Source of the DNA: Armatimonadota bacterium
Lineage (GTDB): Bacteria > Armatimonadota > SYMT01
DNA: 64,000 nt
Assembly (NCBI GenBank): GCA_041690135.1
Contig: JAWLHY010000005.1
Coordinates: 397,487 to 461,486, forward strand
Direction of reading: 5' to 3'
Part shown: in pieces, positions 39,672 through 48,016 of the stretch
Layout: each line of letters begins with the position of its first letter
How positions within the stretch are numbered: the first letter of the stretch is position 1
The notes under the pieces: model-generated
What the model saw: only the letters and a program-made list of their open reading frames with translations
Databases searched by the model: none
Told to the model about the DNA's origin: nothing
Program-made: the position numbers and the translations under genes

Positions 39672-39818
39672 TGGCGGCCGGACCCGGCGTGCGGGCTGTG
39701 ACGAACCGGTTGCGGGTCGCCGGAGCCGGTTCGTCTTCGATCGGAGCGGCAGAGATGTTTCGCAGGGGCGAAACCATGCAAAGATAGGCGAAACCTCCCC
39801 GAAGCATGCAGGCATCCC

Positions 39819-40955
39819 ATGATGAAGACGCACACAGGGCAGTTGGTCCCGGCATCCGTGGCGGCAAGCCGGCTTCGCCGGGTGATTCCAGAGGTGGAGC
39901 GAAGATTTCAGGAGCGGAGAGCGGCCACAGAGGGCGAGGACGTCCCGTGTCAGCTAAACGTTCCCGCGCTGCTGGACCGACTGGCAGAAGCTATGGATCA
40001 CGGAGAACTCCCCGAACTCGCCCTTCCGGAAACGCGTCCGCCGGACATGAAGTTGGACCCTGTACAGGTACAGCAGCTTCTGGACCGGGCGCTATTGGAG
40101 TATCACCAGCTCCATCGGGTACTTGTGGAGAGCCTGGACGCTCGCGAGCCGCTGGCCCAAAGTGATCGCTTCTATCTCGACGATGCCTTCCATGGCGCCG
40201 TGCGCCGGACCGCCCGCTCATATGCCGCACTGGAGGGGCAACTGGTGAGCGAGAGCGACAATCGTTTGAACCAGTTCCTGGCGATGATCGCACACGAGTT
40301 GCGCACGCCCCTCTCCACCATCAGTAATGCCCTTTACCTGTTGGAGAACCTATCTCTCTCCGATCAAGCGGCGCGTCAGGTATCGGTCGCTGCTCGGCAA
40401 ACACGCCACGCCGCGCGCCTGGTAAGCGATTTGATGGACCTTTCCCGCATGGCCCGGGGGAAGATCGAACTGCGCCGGGAACCCGTTTCATTCCGGCGGT
40501 TGGCTGCCGATGCAGTCGAGAGCGTCCGTCCCTTGATGGACTCCTTTGGTCACCAATTCACCGCACGCTTCTCTGCTGAACCACTTTGGATAGATGCCGA
40601 CCCAATACGGGTGGAACAGATCATCAACAACCTGTTGACGAACGCCGCCAAATACACGGAGCCCGGTGGCCGCATTCAACTCTCCGTCCAGCGCAGTGGC
40701 GAACACGCACTGCTATCCGTCCGCGATAACGGCATCGGGATCGATCCACAGAAGCTCCCCCGTATCTTCGATCTCTACGAGCAGTTCGGACTATCCGAAA
40801 CCCGCTCGCATGGCGGGCTAGGCATCGGTCTGCCCCTGGTGAAGCGTCTTGTGGAGCTCCATGGCGGCACCGTTCACGCCCAAAGCGAAGGGCTAGGAAA
40901 GGGAAGTGAATTCGAAGTCAGATTGCCATTGTTCAATGACCGCCCGGCACCGTGA
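39819..40955 (+). CDS. Cytoplasmic sensor histidine kinase
   Basis: AHELRTPL H-box, NLLTNAAKY, DNGIGI, GGLGIGL. Confidence 0.92.
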   Translation: MMKTHTGQLVPASVAASRLRRVIPEVERRFQERRAATEGEDVPCQLNVPALLDRLAEAMDHGELPELALPETRPPDMKLDPVQVQQLLDRALLEYHQLHRVLVESLDAREPLAQSDRFYLDDAFHGAVRRTARSYAALEGQLVSESDNRLNQFLAMIAHELRTPLSTISNALYLLENLSLSDQAARQVSVAARQTRHAARLVSDLMDLSRMARGKIELRREPVSFRRLAADAVESVRPLMDSFGHQFTARFSAEPLWIDADPIRVEQIINNLLTNAAKYTEPGGRIQLSVQRSGEHALLSVRDNGIGIDPQKLPRIFDLYEQFGLSETRSHGGLGIGLPLVKRLVELHGGTVHAQSEGLGKGSEFEVRLPLFNDRPAP

Positions 40956-41088
40956 ACCCAGCATGCAAAGCTCGGCTTCCAGGCCGCTTGGGCGCCAGAC
41001 GAGTTTGACTAACCGGAACCCCGATGTGGGTAGTTAGGATACCAGGGGCTCTGTTGTCGGAGGTGCACCCACTTTCGGGAGATACGGT

Positions 41089-42600
41089 ATGGTAGCGGGA
41101 GCACCGGATCACGAGTCTGATCTGGCGGCCACGGGGATCAACGGCCTCGACGATATTCTGGGCGGGGGTTTCCCTCGCAATCACATCTACCTCGTGGAGG
41201 GAGATCCGGGAGCAGGAAAGACGACGCTCTCGCTCCAGTACCTCCTGGAAGGCCGGGAGCGGGGAGAAACAGGGCTCTACGTTACGCTTTCGGAGACGAA
41301 GCGGGAGCTCACGAAAGTTGCCCGGTCACACGGCTGGTCGCTCGAGGGGATCGAGATCTTCGAATTGATCCCGAGCGAGGAAAGCCTCCAGCCCGACAGC
41401 CAGTACACGATGTACCACGCCTCGGAGGTGGAGCTCAGCGAAACCACCCGATTCGTGCTGGACGTGGTCGAGCAGAAGAAGCCGACCCGCGTCGTCATCG
41501 ATTCCCTTTCCGAGTTGCGGCTGCTGGCCCAGAACCCGCTACGCTATCGCCGCCAGATCCTGGCGCTCAAGCAGTTCTTTGCCGGGCGATCCTGCACGGT
41601 GCTCCTCCTCGACGACCGTACGGCCGAGGTGCGGGACCTCCAGGTTCAGAGCGTGGCGCATGGGGTGGTGCTCCTCGACCAGCTCTCACCGCTCTATGGG
41701 GCCGAACGTCGCCGTCTGCGGGTGGCGAAGATGCGGGGCGTCGAGTACCGCGGCGGCTACCACGACTTCATTATCCGCCGGGGCGGCCTTCAGGCTTTTC
41801 CCCGCCTCGTGGCCGCGGAGCACGGGGAGCGATTTGAACGCAGCGACCTCCCGAGTGGCGTCCCCGGCCTGGATCAACTTCTTGGCGGCGGGCTCCGGCG
41901 GGGGACCAGCACTCTCCTTCTGGGGCCGGCCGGCGCGGGAAAGTCCACGGTCGCTATGCAGTACGCGTTGGCCGCCGTGAGGCGGGGTGAGCCGGCCGCC
42001 ATCTTCTCCTTCGAGGAGACGCTTGGGACGATCTTCGACCGGAGCGAGGGGCTTGGAATGCCGGTTCGGGAGTGTCTCGATCAAGGCAACCTCACGATCC
42101 AAACCATCGATCCGGCGGAGCTGTCGCCGGGAGAGTTTGTTTCTAGGATCCGGGAAAGCGTGGAATCACACGGCGCTCGCCTCGTCATCATCGACAGCCT
42201 GAATGGCTACCTTAACGCGATGCCCGAGGAGCGTTTTCTCATCATCCAGCTCCACGAGCTTCTCACGTACTTGAGCCATCAGGGAGTGACCACGATCCTC
42301 ATCGTGGCCCAGCACGGGATGCTCGGGCAGATGAATACCCCCGTGGATGCGAGCTACCTGGCGGATACGCTGCTGGTTTTGCGCTTCTTCGAAGCCCGGG
42401 GAGAACTTTGCCAGGCGATTTCCGTGGTGAAAAAACGGAGCGGCGCGCACGAGCGGACGATCCGAGCGCTGCACCTGGATGAGAACGGAATCACCGTCGG
42501 AGAGCCCCTGCGGCATCTGCAGGGCGTCTTTTCCGGGATCCCTTCGATGGTCACCCCGGAGCTCGGAATGTCACGCGGGTTGGGCGATGATCGAGATTGA
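41089..42600 (+). CDS. KaiC-like double RecA-domain ATPase
   Basis: Two Walker A motifs (GDPGAGKT, GPAGAGKS), IDSL Walker B, KMRG, SYLAD at the KaiC phosphosite position, VVKKRSG. Confidence 0.9.
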   Translation: MVAGAPDHESDLAATGINGLDDILGGGFPRNHIYLVEGDPGAGKTTLSLQYLLEGRERGETGLYVTLSETKRELTKVARSHGWSLEGIEIFELIPSEESLQPDSQYTMYHASEVELSETTRFVLDVVEQKKPTRVVIDSLSELRLLAQNPLRYRRQILALKQFFAGRSCTVLLLDDRTAEVRDLQVQSVAHGVVLLDQLSPLYGAERRRLRVAKMRGVEYRGGYHDFIIRRGGLQAFPRLVAAEHGERFERSDLPSGVPGLDQLLGGGLRRGTSTLLLGPAGAGKSTVAMQYALAAVRRGEPAAIFSFEETLGTIFDRSEGLGMPVRECLDQGNLTIQTIDPAELSPGEFVSRIRESVESHGARLVIIDSLNGYLNAMPEERFLIIQLHELLTYLSHQGVTTILIVAQHGMLGQMNTPVDASYLADTLLVLRFFEARGELCQAISVVKKRSGAHERTIRALHLDENGITVGEPLRHLQGVFSGIPSMVTPELGMSRGLGDDRD

Positions 42601-44530
42601 TCGAGAGCAGCGGATCCTCCTGCTGGCGCCGACGGAGCGCGATGCCGAGATCACTCGCACGATACTGTCCGGCGCCGGCCTCTCCTGTCGGGTATGTCGC
42701 AGCTTGGCGGAGCTCTGCCGGGAATTGCGGGAGGGAGCCGCCGCCGCTCTGGTTACTGAGGAGGCGGTGAGTTCACCGTCTATCGGACTACTCCACGCTT
42801 TCCTGGATCAGCAGCCTCCCTGGTCGGACCTCCCGGTCATTGTGCTCACCCACGGCGGCGCCAGCTCACCCGGCGCGGAGCTGGTGCTGGAAGTACTCCC
42901 GACGGCAACCCTCCTGGAGCGCCCGGTCCGGGTGGCGACCATTGTGAGCGCCGCTCGTACGGCCCTTCGTGCGCGCCGCCGCCAGTACCAGATCCGGGAG
43001 CACCTCCGGGAGCGAGAGCGGACGGAAGCCGCGCTCGTGGCGAGTGAAGAGCGCCTTCGCCGGGCGCTCAGCGCCGCTCGGATGGTGGCCTGGGAATGGG
43101 ACTTGCGGACCGGCGTCTGGAACCCTTCGGAGATGGCCGCGGAACTGTTCGGGCGTGGTGCCGTCGATACCGATGACTTGCTCACTCTCGTCCATCCCGA
43201 AGACCGGCAGACTGTTCTTTTTGCCCGCGAGCAATGCATCCAGCGCAATGAACCCTTTGACCTCGAGTTTCGCATGGTGGTGGGCTCCAGGACCTTCTGG
43301 GTCGCCGCGCAAGCTTCTCTGGAGCGCGATGAGAACGGAGGGCCCTTGAGCCTGGTCGGGATGTGTTCCGACATCACGGCACGGAAAGTCGCCGAGGAAC
43401 TGCTGCGCGAGAGCGACCGCCGGAAGGATGAGTTCCTCGCGATGTTGGCCCACGAGTTGCGGAACCCGCTGGCGCCCATTGTGAATGCGGTCCAGCTCAT
43501 GCGGATGGATTCGGACGGGACACGCGGAGAGCGGAGCCGCGAGATTATCGAGCGACAAGTGCGCCATATGGCCCGCCTGATCGATGATTTGCTGGACCTG
43601 TCCCGGATCTCCACCGGGAAGGTAACGCTGCGCAAACAACGGGTGGACCTGGCGCAAGTCGTCAGGAGCGCCGTCGACACGGTTCGCCCCTTCTTGGACG
43701 AGTGCCGGCACGAATTGACGGTGCAACTCCCGGAGCAGGCCCTGGAAGTCGACGCCGATCCGGCGCGCCTGGAACAGATCCTTAGCAACCTGCTCAATAA
43801 CGCCGGCAAGTACACCGAGCCGGGAGGGCGGATCTCCGTTAGCCTTCAGGCCGAGAACGGTGAGGCGGTGATCCGGGTGCAGGACAACGGTATCGGCATT
43901 GGGCCAGAGCTGCTGCCTCACGTGTTCGATCTCTTCCGGCAGGGTGCGCGGGGCCTCGACCGCTCGCAGGGAGGGCTCGGCATCGGCCTGACACTGGTGC
44001 GCAACCTGGTGGCGCTCCACGGTGGGCGCGCCGAAGTCCACAGTGAGGGGCCGGGTAAGGGAAGTAAGTTCACCCTCCGCCTACCGCTCGGCCCCGCGCC
44101 CGCCCCTGCGATTCAGCGTCCGCCCGCAGCCGCGGACACCGTGAGTGCTCCGTCCCGCGCTCCCGGAGAGCCTGGCGCCCGGCGCCTGCTCGTGGTGGAT
44201 GATAACCGCGATGCCGCGGAGAGTATGGCCGACCTGGCCGCACAGTGGGGCTACGAGGTGCAAAGCGCCTACGATGGCACGGAAGCGCTTCGGATCGCCC
44301 GCTCCTTCCACCCTTCCACCGTGTTTCTCGACATCGGAATGCCCGGGATGGACGGTTATGCGGTGGCGCGAGAACTGCGGCAAATGCCCGAGCTGCAGGG
44401 TACCCTGTTGGTGGCGATGACGGGCTATGGACAGGAGGAAGATGTACGGCGTTCCCGTGAGGCCGGGTTCGATCACCACCTCGTGAAACCCATCGACTTC
44501 GCCGACCTCACCACCCTCCTCAGCCGTTAG
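42587..44530 (+). CDS. Hybrid histidine kinase (REC-like, PAS, HisKA, HATPase, REC)
   Basis: AHELRNPL, NLLNNAGKY, GGLGIGL, C-terminal VVDDN...LDIGMP...HLVKP; start overlaps the KaiC-like gene stop. Confidence 0.92.
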   Translation: MIEIDREQRILLLAPTERDAEITRTILSGAGLSCRVCRSLAELCRELREGAAAALVTEEAVSSPSIGLLHAFLDQQPPWSDLPVIVLTHGGASSPGAELVLEVLPTATLLERPVRVATIVSAARTALRARRRQYQIREHLRERERTEAALVASEERLRRALSAARMVAWEWDLRTGVWNPSEMAAELFGRGAVDTDDLLTLVHPEDRQTVLFAREQCIQRNEPFDLEFRMVVGSRTFWVAAQASLERDENGGPLSLVGMCSDITARKVAEELLRESDRRKDEFLAMLAHELRNPLAPIVNAVQLMRMDSDGTRGERSREIIERQVRHMARLIDDLLDLSRISTGKVTLRKQRVDLAQVVRSAVDTVRPFLDECRHELTVQLPEQALEVDADPARLEQILSNLLNNAGKYTEPGGRISVSLQAENGEAVIRVQDNGIGIGPELLPHVFDLFRQGARGLDRSQGGLGIGLTLVRNLVALHGGRAEVHSEGPGKGSKFTLRLPLGPAPAPAIQRPPAAADTVSAPSRAPGEPGARRLLVVDDNRDAAESMADLAAQWGYEVQSAYDGTEALRIARSFHPSTVFLDIGMPGMDGYAVARELRQMPELQGTLLVAMTGYGQEEDVRRSREAGFDHHLVKPIDFADLTTLLSR

Positions 44531-44773
44531 AGAGCCGGCACACCGCGCTTTCGCGTGTCCTTCCCTTCACACTCAGGGAGCTCTTTTCGGTAGGAGCCGG
44601 TTTGGATGCCCCGGAGGGCGGCCGGAGAACAGGCGCCCGTATGCGGGCAGGAGGTTGCGAGCCCCCGGACCTGTTCAGGCAGCCGCCGCTTTGGTAGCCC
44701 CGACGCATGCGTCGGGTACCCACGAAGTGGGTGATGGGAAGGGGCGGCAAGACAACGGGCGCCCGCACAGAAA

Positions 44774-44861
44774 AGCCCTGGAGGGGCGGCAGGAGAATAG
44801 CCGGGGGTGTAAGCCCCCGGACTTGGCGCCCGCACAGAAAGAGCCCCGGAGGGGCGACAGA
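44774..44861. repeat. REP-like palindromic intergenic element, copy 1
   Basis: agccctggaggggcggca...tagccggggg-tgtaag-cccccggac...agccccggaggggcgacaga; 88 nt, matches 51792-51879. Confidence 0.8.
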
Positions 44862-44938
44862 ACAACACGCCATTGAGGAGAATTGTACCGCCCTCTCTCC
44901 CGCGCCCCCCTCATTCCCTTTCCGCTCTTCCGTCCCCT

Positions 44939-44969
44939 TTCCGCGTCATTCCGCGTATTCCGCGTGCAA
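44939..44969 (-). repeat. Short intergenic repeat with 9-10-nt periodicity (CGCGGAA units)
   Basis: Minus strand ttgcacgcggaatacgcggaatgacgcggaa; near-copy of 19481-19511. Confidence 0.65.
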
Positions 44970-44979
44970 CGTTGTCCCT

Positions 44980-46557
44980 TCACTTAGGCTCCATGGGCTC
45001 GGTGGGAAACTGGTTCCGCCAGGCGTCCAGGCCGCCTTCCAAGGCGTAGGCGTCGAAGCCCATCTCCTGCAGGTGTCGCGCCACCCGGGCGCTCGTCGTT
45101 TCGTGCGGTCAGGTGCAGTAGGCGACCACCGGCCTTTTGCGCGGCAGGCCCACGGCCCATTCCACCAGACCGTCCGGATGGACGTGCACGCTCCCCGGGA
45201 TCCGGTCGCCCCGGTAAGTGGAGCGGCTGCGGACATCCAGCACCAGCGGGGGATCGGGGGATCGGAGCCTGTCTTCCAACTCCTCCACGCTGATCCGGAG
45301 TGCGTCCTCCTTGCCTTCTCCGAAGAGGCCGTAGGCCGTGGTCTCGCGTTCTTCGGGGAGCGTTAACGCTTCGGCCCGCGCGGCATACCATTGGGAGAGC
45401 GGCGTGGCGCTGATCCCGTGCAGAATTACCGAAACGATCACCACGAGGCCCGTGATCGCCATGAGCCGCTCGGCGGCCGGCAGGTGCGCCTGCACCACCA
45501 GCAGGGCGAGAAGCAGTGAGTTGAGGCCTCGGGGGCCGAACCAGCCGATGAAGGCGCGGGCACTCCGGCTAAGGGAGGCGCGCTGCAGCACCAATCCCAT
45601 GGCCAGGGGCCGGACCAGCAGCAGCGCCAGGAGAGCCAGCGCGAGGGTGGGCCACCATGGCACGGCGCTCAGCATCGTCGAGAGAGCGGCGCCGAACAGG
45701 ACGAAGGCCAGCAGCATCGCCATCTCGACCGTCGTCTCGCCGTATTCCAGGAAACAATCGCAGAGCTCCAGGTCCAGCACCACCACCGCTAGCCCCGCGG
45801 CGAAGGCCGCCAGGAATCCGTCGCCTCCCACGGCTACGGCGGCCGCGTAAGCGACCAGCACCAATCCCACTCCGAACAGCGCCTGGTGCTCGCGCCGGAT
45901 CCCCATCCGCGCGTCGATCTTCACCATCATCCACGCGCCGGCGCCGCCCACGATAAAGCCGACGACCGGCCCCAGCACGAACACCTGCGCGAGGAAGGTC
46001 ATCCAGTCCGAAGCGCCCCCCAGGCGTCCGCGAGCCAGCGCGATCAGCACCAGCACGATGGGGAGCACCACCAGATCGTTCGTGCCGGCTTCGATGCTCA
46101 GGGTGTCCCGCACGGGCCGGGGGATCTTCGGGTTCCGCACCACGTCCCGCAGGACCACCGGGTCTGTCGAGGCGAGGATGGCGCCCAGCAGCAGCGAGTG
46201 GATGAGATTCGTGCCGAGCAGCGCCCAGGCGGCCGCGGCAACCCCGGAGATAGTGAGCAGCGTGCCGGGCCCGAGCACCAGCATCGGTACGAACCACCCC
46301 TTGCGGAACTCCGCCGGCTGGATCTTGATCGCGTCGAGGAAGAGGACGAAGACCAGGCTGACGATGGCGACCGCTTCCAGGAGTGGGTCGTGCATGGTCA
46401 CGCGCACGAAGCCCAGCCCGCGCTCCCCGAGCACGAATCCCAGGCCGAGGAAGAGGATGGGGAACGATAGCGGCGCCCGCTCCACCAGCCCCGAGGCGAG
46501 TGCGGAAACGGTGAGGACCACGCCGATCAGGGCGAACAGAGATAGCAGGTCGGGCAT
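44980..46557 (-). CDS. CPA1/NhaP-type cation:proton antiporter fused to a rhodanese domain, with an in-frame UGA (probable selenocysteine) at 45109-45111
   Basis: LASTDPV, EAGTND and GWFGPRGL antiporter motifs; rhodanese VLDVRS...RIPGS...VVAYCT-UGA-PHETTSARVARHLQEMGFDAYALEGGLDAW...EPK-stop at 44980. Confidence 0.85.
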
Positions 46558-46759
46558 CGGGCTGCGGCTTCTCCCACGGGAAGGCGTCCGCACGGCCCAT
46601 CCAGTGGGGACCGGGAGCGGGACTCCCTACAAGCTAGTGTAGCTCAATGCGCCGTCCTGGTTAGTACCCCCTCAAAGATCCCCTCCGGTTCGGGCAGACA
46701 CGCGAGCCCATCCGGCTCCCGAGGGCGACGCCTTGTTGTCGGCGTAATTGAAAGACTTA

Positions 46760-46782
46760 TTTAGTAAAATTGATTTACGAAA
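46760..46782. promoter_or_regulatory. Candidate ROK-family operator
   Basis: Imperfect palindrome TTTAGTAAA-attga-TTTACGAAA in an AT-rich patch upstream of a locus ending in a ROK regulator. Confidence 0.5.
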
Positions 46783-46951
46783 AAGAAGGAGTCGTTCGGC
46801 AGTTGGCGAATATCCCCAGTGAAGCCTCCCGTGTGCCGCCGAAGAGAGGGATGATTGTTGTGCCAGCCACCGGGAGATGGGGTCATTTACTTAAAGGTGA
46901 TCCGGTAAATGCGTCCGGCTGGGAGGACCCAGCCGGACCAGGAGAACGACG

Positions 46952-47704
46952 ATGCTACGACGAAAGGGCTTCACACTCATCGAATTGCTTGTGGTGATAG
47001 CGATTATCGCGATTCTGGCTGCGATCCTCTTCCCGGTCTTCGCGCAGGCCCGCGAGAAGGCCCGGCAGGCATCTTGCTTGAACAACCTAAAGCAGATGGG
47101 CACGGGTCTCCTGATGTACTCGCAGGATTACGATGAGGAGTTGCCGCCCGCGTGGATCGGCTACCCGTCCGTCCCCTTCCCGGGCTACGCGCGGTGGATG
47201 GATGTTGTACAACCCTACGTCAAGAACACGCAGATCTTCAGTTGCCCCAGCAGTACGGCCAAGTATGTGCCGGTTCCCAACGGAGGGACCGTGTCGAGTG
47301 TGGTGAGCAACAACGGGGGCTATGCCATGAACGTCACCTACTACGACAACAGTGACGCCGCCCACCCGCCTACCCCCGTGCCGGACGTGCCGGGCGAGTT
47401 TCCCAAGAGCCTGGCCCAACTCGCGGACCCGGCGGGTACGGCGTACGTCTTCGACTTTTTCAATGGTTGGGGCTCGTTCCAGTGCGTGTGGCCGCGCATC
47501 GCCGGCCAGCCGGCGATCATCAACAACGTTAAGCCGCGGACCCTGGGGAACGGCGGCTGGCTGCGGGAGTGGCACCAGGACAAGATCGACGTTCTGTTCT
47601 GTGACGGGCACGTCAAGGCCACCTCGCTGGACTGGCTGTGTGAGAAGGCGCCGTCCGGCGACACCGCGGGGGCCTATCGCCATTTCACCATTGAAGAAGA
47701 CTGA
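46952..47704 (+). CDS. Prepilin-type N-terminal cleavage/methylation protein (DUF1559, H-X9-DG)
   Basis: [42 protein letters not shown]-terminal [15 protein letters not shown]. Confidence 0.92.
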   Translation: MLRRKGFTLIELLVVIAIIAILAAILFPVFAQAREKARQASCLNNLKQMGTGLLMYSQDYDEELPPAWIGYPSVPFPGYARWMDVVQPYVKNTQIFSCPSSTAKYVPVPNGGTVSSVVSNNGGYAMNVTYYDNSDAAHPPTPVPDVPGEFPKSLAQLADPAGTAYVFDFFNGWGSFQCVWPRIAGQPAIINNVKPRTLGNGGWLREWHQDKIDVLFCDGHVKATSLDWLCEKAPSGDTAGAYRHFTIEED

Positions 47705-48016
47705 GCGAGTCGCAGTAAGGAGTAGGTGTTCAGTTCTGGTCCGCGAACAAGCGCTTCCCAGGCATGCGGTAGTCACCAACTGAATGGCTCACCCCGCTTT
47801 CTGTGCGCGGGATCCTCCTCTCTGCGCCGGAGCCGGGCACCCTTTGGGTGGCGGGTGCCCGCGTGCGGGTGGCGGGGGTGAGGTCACCCTGGTCACCGCA
47901 GTCGCCAACGGTAACGCACATGGGGCCGGCGTCGTCCTGGGATGGAGCGTGTGCATTCCTACTCCATCTTCCGCGGCGGCCAGACTGCAGTAATGCAAAC
48001 GGGAATTCTGAGAGCC

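Noticed and set aside
41089-42600. Circadian clock kaiC call
   Set aside because: No kaiA or kaiB nearby and SY in place of ST; reported only as KaiC-like.
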